NCBI GenBank assembly: GCA_002011035.2
Contig: MTLY02000003.1
Location: forward strand, 512,001-576,000
Source of the DNA: Candidatus Hecatella orcuttiae
Lineage (GTDB): Archaea > Thermoproteota > Bathyarchaeia > Hecatellales > Hecatellaceae
Length of the DNA: 64,000 nucleotides
Direction of reading: 5' to 3'
Shown here: positions 10,213 to 20,007 of the stretch, piece after piece
Numbering within the stretch: position 1 is the stretch's first letter
Layout: the number at the start of each line of letters is the position of its first letter
The notes under the pieces: model-generated
Seen by the model: the letters and a program-made list of their open reading frames with translations, nothing else
What the model was told of the DNA's origin: nothing
The model's database searches: none
Translations under genes and position numbers: made by a program

Positions 10213-10812
10213 CTACCCCGGCGGAGTGTTATAGGCGGTGAGAAACCTTAAGCGGCTCATGTTTTCCCGCAGTTGTCTCTCGCAAACTGGGCAGAAGATA
10301 GGTTTCTTTCTGTCTGTCATTTGGATGCTGTTGGAGAAAAACATCACGCACGTGGGATCGCTACAGTGGGTTAAACCTAAGGTATGCCCCAGCTCGTGGG
10401 TAGCTTCTTTTTTAACCCTAGAAAGGAATAGAGATCCGTCCTCCGCCTTCCCATAAAATTCAGGTCTAAGTCTATGGGTTGAAATGATGGCCAGCCTGCC
10501 CGGGCATTGGGCTTCTCCAAAGATAAAGTTAAGGCCGGGAACGTAGAGGTCGACGGGCACCACGGCCAATATTCGGTGAGCATTCAGATTTTCTGCCACT
10601 TTCCCAACTTGGGCTAGCAGCCGGGAAGAATGGTACTGGCCTCTCGCCCTATTGTAGCTTTTCTCCAAAAGGCTGGGGTCGCCGTGGCTGATTGAACATC
10701 GAGAACCAAAGAAAACTTGACATAGGTGTTCTTCAACCTCCTCTAAAATGCGGGAGATAGTCGCTTCAAAGAGGAGGATGTGAATATGCAGATTAACAGC
10801 CAAGATGCCCAC
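10213..10812 (-). CDS. amzA: Archaemetzincin Zn metalloprotease
   Basis: KEATHELGHTLGLTHC...CVMFFSNS...FCPVC; LNFIFGEA. Confidence 0.92.
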   Translation of the reverse strand: MGILAVNLHIHILLFEATISRILEEVEEHLCQVFFGSRCSISHGDPSLLEKSYNRARGQYHSSRLLAQVGKVAENLNAHRILAVVPVDLYVPGLNFIFGEAQCPGRLAIISTHRLRPEFYGKAEDGSLFLSRVKKEATHELGHTLGLTHCSDPTCVMFFSNSIQMTDRKKPIFCPVCERQLRENMSRLRFLTAYNTPPG

Positions 10813-10937
10813 ACCGACGTAGCTTATAAAGGGTTTAAACTTCTTCCACTGGAAACCTTAAAACCTATTAAAGGCTGAATGTTAGATAAAGTCTCCGAAA
10901 GGAATAGGGCTGGGAGGCCTAACATCGCTTTCGCTGG

Positions 10938-11605
10938 GTGAAGTTCAGCCGCATGTCGACGCTCTGGGTTATCGGCCTTATATTAGCCTTGGTTATCGCC
11001 CTGTTTCTGGTTAATTTTTACAGGGATCCGGAAAGGATGCCTCCTGCGGACGAGGGAGTAATCGTAGCCCCTGCGGACGGGAGGATTGTCTATGTGAGAG
11101 AGATTGAACGAGGGGAAATTCTGTGGACTCAGAAAGGTGGAAGGAGGATTCCCCTGAAAGAGATATTGTGGGATGAAGACCTTCAGATGTCTTCAGGATA
11201 CATTTTAGGCATATACATGTCTCCTTTCAATGTTCATGTAAACAGAGCGCCCATCGCTGGAAGGGTTGTTAAAGTCTCCAAAAGAGAGGGAAAGCTTCTC
11301 CGCATAGGCCGAGAAGAGTTTGAGTTTCGAAATAGGAGAAACATTCTAGTTCTAGAGCATGAAACAGGCTTCAGGGTGGTAGTCGTTCAAATTGCAGCCT
11401 TCATCGTGGGGAGAATAGACTGCTATGTGGGTGAGGGCGAAACCGTTAACCTCGGCCAGAGAATAGGCAAGTTAAATTTGGCTCCCATGTAGACCTTGTC
11501 GTTCCCCAAGTCTTAAACCTGAAGCTCGCTGTCAAACCAGGGGATAAAGTAAAGGCTGGAGAGGCGATCATTGCGAGGCTCAGTTTAAAGCCGTCTAAAG
11601 GATAA
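10938..11605 (+). pseudogene. psd: Archaetidylserine/phosphatidylserine decarboxylase proenzyme, split by a -1 frameshift near 11470
   Basis: FYRDPER, APADG and YMSPFNVHVNRAPIAG in frame 0, which stops at 11492. The -1 frame from 11471 reads VKFGSHVDLVVP...VKPGDKVKAGEAIIA (pyruvoyl FGS site) to TAA at 11603-11605. Confidence 0.85.
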
Positions 11606-12251
11606 AATCTAGGATCCGCTCCAAGTCATCTGAGCGAATTACCACATCCGCTGCTTCTCCCAGCTCTCTGTCTTTGGGGTTAAAAGCTATCTTCAACCCC
11701 GCCCCCTCAAACATGCTTAGGTCATATTTTGTGTCTCCTACCACCACGAATTTTGACAGCGGCATTCCAAGCTCTAAGGCCAGCTCTCTGACTATCTTAT
11801 TTTTTCCGCCCAGCTCAACTCTGTTAAACTGGTTTCCTGTGATGCGGCCCTCGGCGTCTACTTCAAGAGTGTTGGCGTAGATGCGGTCTATCTTCAGGTC
11901 TCTGCCTACTCTGTAGGCCAGGATGTCCAGCCCGTAGGACACGAGGGCCAAGGTTAATCCCGCCTGACGGAGTTGAGTCGTGGTTTTTTTGGCGTTTTTG
12001 GTCAGGGTGTAGGTTTTGAGGGTTTCATCTATCTCCCTGATGTAGGGTAGTTTCCCGTCTTTCTCCCACAGTTTTATCTCCCTCTTTACCAGCTCTTCGA
12101 AACTCAGCCTGCCTTGAGCGTATTCTTCAATAAATTTTTGCGTCTTTTCCCAGTCTACGTGGAAGTGGCGGTGGAGGATCTCCCAGCATTGCTCCTTTAT
12201 CAGGGTTCCATCCATATCGAAAACGACGGCCTTGTATGCTTTGAAACTCAT
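11595..12251 (-). CDS. HAD-IB phosphatase, phosphoserine phosphatase (SerB)-like
   Basis: FDMDGTL, LVSYG, ANTL, K, VGDTKYDLSM, AFNP. Confidence 0.85.
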   Translation of the reverse strand: MSFKAYKAVVFDMDGTLIKEQCWEILHRHFHVDWEKTQKFIEEYAQGRLSFEELVKREIKLWEKDGKLPYIREIDETLKTYTLTKNAKKTTTQLRQAGLTLALVSYGLDILAYRVGRDLKIDRIYANTLEVDAEGRITGNQFNRVELGGKNKIVRELALELGMPLSKFVVVGDTKYDLSMFEGAGLKIAFNPKDRELGEAADVVIRSDDLERILDFIL

Positions 12252-12408
12252 ATTGAAGATATTTTTACCTTTGAGGAGAAAATAAACTTTATATGACTAT
12301 CGGTTTCGTTTTATTTTTTTTGGTTAAGTCAATATCTTTAAATATTTGTAATATTTAAGAATATTATGTAGTTTAAAAATATATAAATAAATTTAAAGGT
12401 GAATTAAA

Positions 12409-13836
12409 ATATTTTTTAAAACAGGTCATGAAGTCTTTGACACCATATCCGCCCTCGGCAAAGGCTCCATGATCTTCGTCCTCGATGAGGGACACTACGA
12501 GTCGCTTTTTTTCCTCACCCACCTTCTCTCCAGGTTCGCGGAGACAAAACCCGTCTATCTCCTCACCCACCAGCCGGTTTTCAGCGATTTTAAAGCAATC
12601 AACATAGGCGGCGTGAAGGCGCTTTCAGAACTCAGCATTCGTATAGCGGAGATAAGAAACGAGGTCGGTGAGGGGGTGATAATTCATCACTATCTACCCT
12701 ACATCCTCATCAACTACGAGGAAACCGTGATTCTAAAGCTCTTGGAGCATCTCGCCTCCCAAGTTCAGGGAAGGCCTCTCCTAGAATTCTTAACCCTTCC
12801 CAAGGGGACTTTTCCCACCTTCGAAAAGAAGGCGCAGACACTGCTTCATGGCACAATTATCCTGAGCTATGGGCAAGTCGACGGAAGCTATACACATAAA
12901 TTTTCAATTTTGAAGGCTTGTAAACCTGAGTTCTACGCCAAGGAGTTCCCCTACGTAGTGAGAGGCAACCGTCTGCTCATCAAGTTTGAAGATGAATTCA
13001 CCGACAAGCTCCCCGCATCCTTGGAGGAAAAAACTCGAGCGAAAAGGGTCTATCTGGAAAACAACATCAAAAACCTCAAAATAATCATGCGTAAAGATGC
13101 TATAGAAAAACTGAACCCTGTGGATTATTTTCTCTTAACCCAAACTCACAACATGCGGCTTACTGACGTGAAGCTGCTCTTTTACGACAGGTTCGACGAA
13201 ATTCTGGATAAGCTATCCAGATGGGCTGTTCTAGGCGCCGTTGGCTTTGAAAGAGTTGCGGAACATAAAGAAGATGTTGAAACCATAGGCGGCATAAAAA
13301 AAATCTCTAAACTGGCCTTAAAGCTTCCCTGCTCACTTTCTTCAAGACTGTTAGGCAGGAAGCCGCGTAAAGTTCCTCTTGAAGCTCTTTTGGGGCTTAG
13401 AAAGAGTATCGAAATAGTCCTTAACAACTATTTCCCAAACAGCAGGGAGCCCGCGGAGGTCTTTCAAGCTACTGAGCGGCTGATCCACGAACTTGCAGCC
13501 AGGGTTACCACCATTGAAAGGCTTGAAAAATACGGGGAAACACCTTGGGTTAAACTTGAGTTTAACTACCTACCCAAAGTAACCGCTTTAACTCTACACA
13601 TAGGATTCGGGCTTAAAAGCAAAACCATGAAGAAAACTGATTCCAGCTTTGAAGTTATAGTTGGCGACTGCTTCGAATGCGAAGGAGCTGTTGGCGAAAA
13701 ACCTTTATGCAACATGATTACCGGGACCCTGATAGGAGCCCTCTGCCAAGTCGCCAAAGAGCCGGTATTCGTTGATGAAATAAAATGCAAGGCTTTAGGA
13801 GACCGGGAATGCGTTTTCTTGGTTAGGAAAGCTTGA
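12409..13836 (+). CDS. Fusion of a degenerate KaiC/RAD55-like ATPase domain and a C-terminal V4R domain
   Basis: The in-frame region upstream of ATG 12469 reads FKTGHEVFDTISALGKGSMIFVLDEG, matching the KaiC N-terminus with the P-loop lost. LTLPKG...HGTIIL...FSILK resembles the KaiC C-terminal strands. C-terminal CFEC...PLC...GAL...EIKCKALGDRECVF is a V4R signature. Start inferred at ATA 12409, after AGGTGA. Confidence 0.7.
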   Translation: MFFKTGHEVFDTISALGKGSMIFVLDEGHYESLFFLTHLLSRFAETKPVYLLTHQPVFSDFKAINIGGVKALSELSIRIAEIRNEVGEGVIIHHYLPYILINYEETVILKLLEHLASQVQGRPLLEFLTLPKGTFPTFEKKAQTLLHGTIILSYGQVDGSYTHKFSILKACKPEFYAKEFPYVVRGNRLLIKFEDEFTDKLPASLEEKTRAKRVYLENNIKNLKIIMRKDAIEKLNPVDYFLLTQTHNMRLTDVKLLFYDRFDEILDKLSRWAVLGAVGFERVAEHKEDVETIGGIKKISKLALKLPCSLSSRLLGRKPRKVPLEALLGLRKSIEIVLNNYFPNSREPAEVFQATERLIHELAARVTTIERLEKYGETPWVKLEFNYLPKVTALTLHIGFGLKSKTMKKTDSSFEVIVGDCFECEGAVGEKPLCNMITGTLIGALCQVAKEPVFVDEIKCKALGDRECVFLVRKA

Positions 13837-13852
13837 TTTCCCTAGCCTGAGG

Positions 13853-15091
13853 TTAATTTATCACAAACTTACCATAGGACCAAAGATAATCGGGGATATC
13901 GGAGCGAAAATTCTCAAACTTGTCAAAAGACTGGAAAACTAAGCGTAGGCTTCGTAGATCTTTCTTTTCTTCCACTTGCTTCCTCAGAAGAAACATCCTC
14001 AGAACTCTCGCACAATAGACGAGAGCTTCCACGTCGATATCTTGATTCAGGTTTTCAGCCTCCCGCATCTGTTCAACAGCACTCAGAAAAACCAGGTTAC
14101 CTAAGTGAATGGCGTCGTCCAAAACTCCCCGTTCCTCCAAGGTCTTTATAACTTTGGCTGCTTTTCCCTGAAGCTCGGAGAGGGAAACCTTACCCGTTTC
14201 CAGCCCAAGCATCATGGCTGAATTGACGATGGAGTCCCTTAAGTCGTCTTTCAGATCGGTTACATCATCCCAGATGATCAACGCCCGGAACAGTAGGTCT
14301 ATGCCCCGGTTGATGCACTCCAGAGACTTCAGCGTAGCGCCGTCCAATCCGCCGGTTGATGCCTCATAAAAACATAGGTCCACATCCACCCAAAGGGTCC
14401 CGGAAGCTTTGGCGGTTATCTTCTTTAAATAGTCTTTAAAGTTTAACCCCGAGAGACTGTAGAGGTTGCTCTTCTGGTAGAAAGACCTGATCTGCGCGTC
14501 TATGAACTCTTTAACATCTGCAACAAAAATCTTAAAGGTCTTCAAGTCTTCAAGCGGAGATGGCAGCCTATGATAGGCCCACCTCGTTATGGCGTAAGCC
14601 GAGTTTTCAGCTCGAGCCAGCCAAAGTTTTCTTCCCTCAATGCTCTCTAAGAAGAAGATAGGCCTGGTTAAGGCTTCTTCATATTTCTGCTGAGATGCTT
14701 CAGCTTGTTCAAAATCATGGAACTGATCGTTGATGTTGTCCAACAGTTTTATCCCGGTCATCATGGCTGTTTTCGAAAAAATTGAGGAATCCACAACATC
14801 GTTCCCTGCGACTCTGTGAAGGATAGGATACGAACTTATAGCCGCCAGAAAACTGGCATAGGCGAGATACTTATCTTTCAGAAGCTTTCTATCCTTCAAA
14901 TCGTCGAAACTCAACACTAAAGGGCCGTCTAATTCCGCAGTCAATTTTGCTTCCAGTTCTTTTTTCACTCGACTGATGCTTTTGTAAACCTTAAAGAAAC
15001 CGATAGAAGGAAATTTTCGCGCCATGGAGGTGAGAATAATCAAGCCGCCGAGATGGTAGAGAGGATTTAACCCCTCTTTGAAAATTTTCAC
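13853..15091 (-). CDS. Divergent class I isoprenoid synthase (polyprenyl/terpene synthase fold)
   Basis: FARM-like LLDNIND, FIDAQ (GQxxD position), DYLKKITAKAS (Y..I..KT position) and SARM-like IWDDVTDLKDD, in the expected order; predominantly helical. Confidence 0.7.
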   Translation of the reverse strand: MKIFKEGLNPLYHLGGLIILTSMARKFPSIGFFKVYKSISRVKKELEAKLTAELDGPLVLSFDDLKDRKLLKDKYLAYASFLAAISSYPILHRVAGNDVVDSSIFSKTAMMTGIKLLDNINDQFHDFEQAEASQQKYEEALTRPIFFLESIEGRKLWLARAENSAYAITRWAYHRLPSPLEDLKTFKIFVADVKEFIDAQIRSFYQKSNLYSLSGLNFKDYLKKITAKASGTLWVDVDLCFYEASTGGLDGATLKSLECINRGIDLLFRALIIWDDVTDLKDDLRDSIVNSAMMLGLETGKVSLSELQGKAAKVIKTLEERGVLDDAIHLGNLVFLSAVEQMREAENLNQDIDVEALVYCARVLRMFLLRKQVEEKKDLRSLRLVFQSFDKFENFRSDIPDYLWSYGKFVIN

Positions 15092-15340
15092 TAATAAATC
15101 ACCCCATAGCAGGGGTATTCCAACTTTATTGCTGTAAATAACTTAAATTTGGGTCTTTTATTTAACTTTTGTTATTATTTTTAAATAATAAGCCGTTTTT
15201 AAATTTCTTTATTAAAAAAATATTCAAATATGGCTTTTATTTGAAAATAAATCAAATATAACTTAAATTATATTAAAAATAAAAACAGATGCCGTTATAC
15301 AAAAAACAGTCGAATGTAGGAAAAAATCCGCTGCCATTAG

Positions 15341-15856
15341 TCAGTCTTTCAAAATCCGGAACACTTGCACATCAATTTTCATTTGAATGGGTTCAAGTTT
15401 AACGTTCAAAACACTTTCTACGTAACTTTTCATCAAACTGGAAGGTAGAGCTGGAGAAACAATCTGAATGTAGTCCCTGTCCGTAGCCGAAAATTGTCCC
15501 CAGCCAAAGTTGGACATAATCTCCAAAGCGGAATCCCAGTCTTTGGTAGTGTCGGTTTGAAACTGAAACAAAGCGAAAGACTTGATGACTTCCCCCATTT
15601 CCCTACCTAGGTCCCTGTGGTCTTCCTGCTCCACCCGCTCTATCAACAGGTCTAGGGCTTTTTTTGGGAGGAAAACAATTCTAACAGGTCCTATGTCAAA
15701 AAGACCCTTTTGCCATCGGTCTAAAGTGTATTGTCTCCCGAATTTAACGCACATCTCAACGAATTCTTTTAAAGACCGAACTCGCCCCTCTCGCATCAGT
15801 CTTTCGATGTACTCTACGTCTTCCTCTTCTAATTCAACTGATGTGACCCTGCTCAT
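15341..15856 (-). CDS. Ribbon-helix-helix N-terminus + V4R/XylR-N-like ligand-binding domain; putative regulator
   Basis: VTSVELEEEDVEYIERLMREGRVRSLKEFV is an RHH pattern; RIVFLP...LGREMG...FGWGQF is typical of the V4R-like fold. Confidence 0.55.
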   Translation of the reverse strand: MSRVTSVELEEEDVEYIERLMREGRVRSLKEFVEMCVKFGRQYTLDRWQKGLFDIGPVRIVFLPKKALDLLIERVEQEDHRDLGREMGEVIKSFALFQFQTDTTKDWDSALEIMSNFGWGQFSATDRDYIQIVSPALPSSLMKSYVESVLNVKLEPIQMKIDVQVFRILKD

Positions 15857-16048
15857 GAATAAATGCTCCTATTCAAAGTTAATATATAATAATATTTTTA
15901 TTTAATTAATGTATTGTTGCGCATCTTTTATATAAATTTATAATTAAAAAATTATGTTAAACTTAAGGAGCCTATCTCCCTTTTCCCGGAAACACTCCCT
16001 TCCCCCAAAAAATAACGGGACTGCCCGATGCTCGCTGTCTCCTCCACA

Positions 16049-16810
16049 TTAAGGAGTGATAAACAGTTTCTCCTTCGGGAAGACAGTGATCCCTCGCTGG
16101 TCTATTTTATACGGGTGCGGCTGGATGTCGTGGGAAACTCCCCGCATTTTTTCCACATGAATGCTTTTAGCCGTCACATCCTCTCTCCGAATGTTCTGCA
16201 TGACAATAACTCCGTCGGATAAATATTCCTCAAAGATAAACTCCCGCTCTAGCAAGTTGGCTTTCACCTCAGAAATGATGAGGGCGGTGACGCCTAATTC
16301 CGTGAAAGTTTTAAAAATAAGCATGGTAGCCAGCCGCCTCTTAACCAATTCTGGCTCTTGGAAGGTTAACGCGGAAAGGGAGTCAAGGACTACTCTTTTG
16401 GCGCCGACGTCTCTGCAACTGTTTCGAATAACCTCCAACAAGCTTGAAATTTTGAAGGCAGGCATGCTCAGAAATTTCACCGCAGCTTCAATTTCTCTTT
16501 GAGGCATGTAATTAATAATAGAGTAATCCACTATCTTCAACATTCCATCCTTCTCATGCTTTTCAAAGTTTAGATCAAGCTTTGAAAGTTCCCTCTTCAG
16601 GGATGAAACATCCTCTTCCAACGTAATGTAAAGGCCTTTCTCGTTGAACATGGATATCCCGTTGCAGAGATACTGAGCGCTGAGAATAGTCTTCCCAGTT
16701 CCAGGGCCGCCGATGACAAGAATGTTCCGGCCCTGAGGGAGACCCCCTCCCAAAATCTCATCTAACCCTTCAATCCCTGTGGGAATAATGTCCTTCGGAT
16801 GTGAAGTCAT
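16049..16810 (-). CDS. KaiC/RAD55-family single-domain ATPase (intact)
   Basis: TGIEGLDEILGGGLP, GGPGTGKT, YITLEE, RVVLDSLS, EEYLSDGVI, EKMRG. Confidence 0.92.
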   Translation of the reverse strand: MTSHPKDIIPTGIEGLDEILGGGLPQGRNILVIGGPGTGKTILSAQYLCNGISMFNEKGLYITLEEDVSSLKRELSKLDLNFEKHEKDGMLKIVDYSIINYMPQREIEAAVKFLSMPAFKISSLLEVIRNSCRDVGAKRVVLDSLSALTFQEPELVKRRLATMLIFKTFTELGVTALIISEVKANLLEREFIFEEYLSDGVIVMQNIRREDVTAKSIHVEKMRGVSHDIQPHPYKIDQRGITVFPKEKLFITP

Positions 16811-16912
16811 GAAAACCCCTTCTTCTCCTCCCAGCCTAATTATTCTTCCCCAAACGAGGTTAATATCTCTTTTCGCTCCAAGCTGGAAACCCGAATAATT
16901 AACGCCAAATGT

Positions 16913-17827
16913 TTAAGGCTGGTTTTTCTTCTCGTCTTCCAACATGTCCATCAAGCCTTCCCATAGGCTGTACCTAGCTCGGAACCCTAGATCCTTCTCC
17001 GCTCGCCTGACATCATAGACAAAATTTTGAGCGTCAAAGCTTCTAGGCGGCTTTACAACCGGCTTCAAGTTCGAGTTTAGAGCCTTCAAGCATAGGTTGC
17101 AAACTTTTCTGATGGAAAGAGCCCTACCTGTGCCTATGTTGTATATTTTATTAAGCTTCTGAGCTTCTAAGGCCAGTATGTTTGCGCGGGCAACATCCTT
17201 CACGTAGATGAAGTCGCATTTTTGACTGCCTCCATATATTTCTGGGGGCTCCCCCTTTTTGATTCTCTGAAGAAATTTCCCTATGGCACCCCCCTCTTTA
17301 TGCCTCCCATATATGTAGCCGTAGCGGAGGATTATGTAGGGAAGCTTTTTGCCGCTATTCCTAACCCACTGCTCAGCTTGAAGCTTAGTCCATCCGTAAT
17401 CACTATCAACGCTCGGCCCCAGTTTTTCTCTTTCGCTGATGGGAACCCGCGCGTTTTGTCTATAAACATTCCCTGTTGAACCATAGACCAAACGCTCAGC
17501 TTTCTTTGCTATACACGCGTCTACAACATTTATGGTTCCCTCCACATTCATCCTTAGAGCGTATCTTCTGTTTGCGCCAGCTGCATCAAACGTGGATATG
17601 GCAGCCAAGTGAAGTACCTTGTCCCCCGGACGGATAAGCTTAAAAAGCCTTGGGTCTAGTATGTCGAATTTCTTCAAGGTAAAGTTCGGGTGGGAATCGA
17701 ATTTTTCAAGTCTGTCGCCAGATAGGTCTATTCCCAAAACCCTATAGCCTTCTGCCAAAAGGGCCTCTACCGTATGGATGCCAACGAAACCGTTCGCTCC
17801 AGTTACAACTATTCTACTTTTTTCCAA
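16913..17827 (-). CDS. NAD-dependent nucleotide-sugar epimerase/dehydratase
   Basis: TGANGFVG, HLAA, YGWTK (YxxxK), DFIYVKDVA. Confidence 0.92.
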   Translation of the reverse strand: MEKSRIVVTGANGFVGIHTVEALLAEGYRVLGIDLSGDRLEKFDSHPNFTLKKFDILDPRLFKLIRPGDKVLHLAAISTFDAAGANRRYALRMNVEGTINVVDACIAKKAERLVYGSTGNVYRQNARVPISEREKLGPSVDSDYGWTKLQAEQWVRNSGKKLPYIILRYGYIYGRHKEGGAIGKFLQRIKKGEPPEIYGGSQKCDFIYVKDVARANILALEAQKLNKIYNIGTGRALSIRKVCNLCLKALNSNLKPVVKPPRSFDAQNFVYDVRRAEKDLGFRARYSLWEGLMDMLEDEKKNQP

Positions 17828-18851
17828 GAGCCGATAACCTGTGCACTTGCTCTATAATATGTGGAACAGGGTCCTCCAAAGCGTTCAGCCGTTCTCCTAC
17901 CTCTACCCTTTCACCCATGATCCGGCAGACCAATTTGTACGCTTCTTTAACGTTCGGCAAATAATACAGCGGAAAACCTTTTTTACTCAGATATTTACCA
18001 ATGAGGTCGAAAAAATGGAGGCTGATGGCAGGGGTACCCTGCAAAGCTGCTTCCTTAGCTATCGTTCCTCCGCTGCATATGACTGCCCCAACAAGGCGGA
18101 CGAGCAGAGGTACGTTTAAAACATTCTTCGGAACCATGATGTTTCCCGCCCCTTTTAACTCAGCTTTTTTTCCAGTGTAACGTGGAAGGAAAATCACCTG
18201 ATAATCTTCAGCCAACATGCTTAGGAGTTCTTTGATTTTCTCGCGGTAGACTCGAACGTACGACGCATCGCTTTCAATGTCCCTTAAAACCACTGAGTAG
18301 CGTAGTTCCTTCTCCGACATGTCAATCCCTAAAGGTACATCCTCGGCAATCCGCCTCTTAATGTAGGAGACTTCCTCCGTGCCATTATATTGAATTATCT
18401 TAGAAGGCGCTATGCCAAATTTTTCCCATAATTTTTTTTCGATGGAATTGGGTGTTACCAAAGAATCGAGAAGCGGAACTGTAAGCCTCAAAACCGACAA
18501 GTTTATTATAGTATCATTTGCATGCACCATGGGAATTCCGAAACCGAAAGCCACCCGCGTCGCCTCCACGGATCCATGAGCATACAAAACATCCGGCCTG
18601 CCATGGCTTTCAATAAATCCAGCCAACGTTTTTTCCCGCTCTACCCCAAACATGAATTTTTCCCTCACGGAATAACCGTATCTCCCGAACGGAGTATGCG
18701 AGATTTTAAGCATATCTAAAACTTGGCACGTTGCCAAGCCTCTCCGAGATGTCACGTATACTTCTTCAAATTTACAGTCTAACAGCAACGCTTTTAGCAG
18801 CCATGCATCCTTAGGATGAACAACATCCACCCATAATTTCATGGACGCCAC
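17814..18851 (-). CDS. DUF354-family GT-B fold protein
   Basis: KLWVDVVHPKD, SVEATRVAFGFGIP, GGTIAKEAALQGTPAIS, LEDP. Confidence 0.8.
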   Translation of the reverse strand: MASMKLWVDVVHPKDAWLLKALLLDCKFEEVYVTSRRGLATCQVLDMLKISHTPFGRYGYSVREKFMFGVEREKTLAGFIESHGRPDVLYAHGSVEATRVAFGFGIPMVHANDTIINLSVLRLTVPLLDSLVTPNSIEKKLWEKFGIAPSKIIQYNGTEEVSYIKRRIAEDVPLGIDMSEKELRYSVVLRDIESDASYVRVYREKIKELLSMLAEDYQVIFLPRYTGKKAELKGAGNIMVPKNVLNVPLLVRLVGAVICSGGTIAKEAALQGTPAISLHFFDLIGKYLSKKGFPLYYLPNVKEAYKLVCRIMGERVEVGERLNALEDPVPHIIEQVHRLSALGKK

Positions 18852-18884
18852 TTCAAATCCGGTTGTGCCTTGATGAAAAGAACG

Positions 18885-19784
18885 CTAAAATAGGCTTCTG
18901 CGAAGGGCCTCCTCAATGTTAACTGAGGGTCTATAGTTGAAATATTTCTCAGCTTTAGTAATTGAAGGATAAGAGTTGACGGGTATTTCATTAGGCCTCG
19001 GAGGAGCCAACTTTATCTTCGACTTACTGCCTGAAATCTGGATCAGTTTTTCCACAACCCATTTTAACTTGACAGGCTGCCCGCTTCCTATGTGAAACAG
19101 TTCGCCGAACGTTGAGGAGGGATTCATCAAGACGCTGCGTATGGCTTCGCAGAGGTTTCCTACGTAGTTGAAATCCATCACCTGCTCACCGTAACAGTAG
19201 AGGGTGATGGGCTCCTCTTTCTTCACTTTGGCTGCTAAAAGGTTCAGAATGGTGCCTCTCAACCCTTCTCCTATCAAATCCCAGCACCGAAAGATTGTTG
19301 CCTTCAACCCTTTTTTAGCCATGTAATGGAATATCATGTATTCAGACAAAACCTTAGAGTACGCATAGCCGCTTTGGGGATTGTACTGCCAGTTATCTTC
19401 GCTGATGGGTAAAAATTTAGATGAACTGCCGAGAACAGCAGCGCTGGACATGAAAATCACCCTTGCATTATAATTAACACAACAATCAATCACGTTCAAG
19501 GTTCCAAACGAGTTGGTGTGAAAGTATGGATACGGCTTCTCATTACTTTCTTTGGAATTGCAAAGAGCTGCCAGATGAACCACCACGTCCGGCTGAAAGG
19601 ATTCAAATACTGATTTAACATCTTCTAGAACTGTAACGTCGCATACAAAGTTAGTAGAATTCGTTCTTTTAACGTCTATGCCTGCGACATCCACTTGGGA
19701 AGTCTTCAAATAGTTGAATAAGTGGCGGCCCACAAACCCCGCGCTGCCCGTTATCAAAACTTTCGTTTTCTCCTTCATATTCAT
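18885..19784 (-). CDS. NAD-dependent nucleotide-sugar epimerase/dehydratase
   Basis: TGSAGFVG, VVHLAA, SSAAV, YAYSK. Confidence 0.9.
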   Translation of the reverse strand: MNMKEKTKVLITGSAGFVGRHLFNYLKTSQVDVAGIDVKRTNSTNFVCDVTVLEDVKSVFESFQPDVVVHLAALCNSKESNEKPYPYFHTNSFGTLNVIDCCVNYNARVIFMSSAAVLGSSSKFLPISEDNWQYNPQSGYAYSKVLSEYMIFHYMAKKGLKATIFRCWDLIGEGLRGTILNLLAAKVKKEEPITLYCYGEQVMDFNYVGNLCEAIRSVLMNPSSTFGELFHIGSGQPVKLKWVVEKLIQISGSKSKIKLAPPRPNEIPVNSYPSITKAEKYFNYRPSVNIEEALRRSLF

Positions 19785-20007
19785 TGCTCCATTATTTCGC
19801 AGAGTCGGACGGCCACTGAGATCTTCGTCTAAAGGGTAGCAAGCCTCTATTTATATAATATCCTTATGTTTTCATAAGCTTTAGGCGGGAAAAATTTTTA
19901 AGCCTATCTGAATTCCCACGCTTACAACTCTATGACCCTTCTCCGTAGGGCCTTAATCGTCTGCTTAATGTGAAAGAAGTCTCTTTGCTAATTGAAGAAA
20001 CACTTAA

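Noticed and set aside
15100-15340. Replication origin in the extremely AT-rich spacer
   Set aside because: No ORB-like repeats or cdc6/orc1 gene nearby; similar AT-rich spacers at 12260-12410 and 15860-15965 look like promoter regions.
16049-16810. Circadian clock (kaiABC)
   Set aside because: Single-domain RAD55/KaiC-like protein with no kaiA or kaiB nearby; these are common archaeal signalling ATPases.
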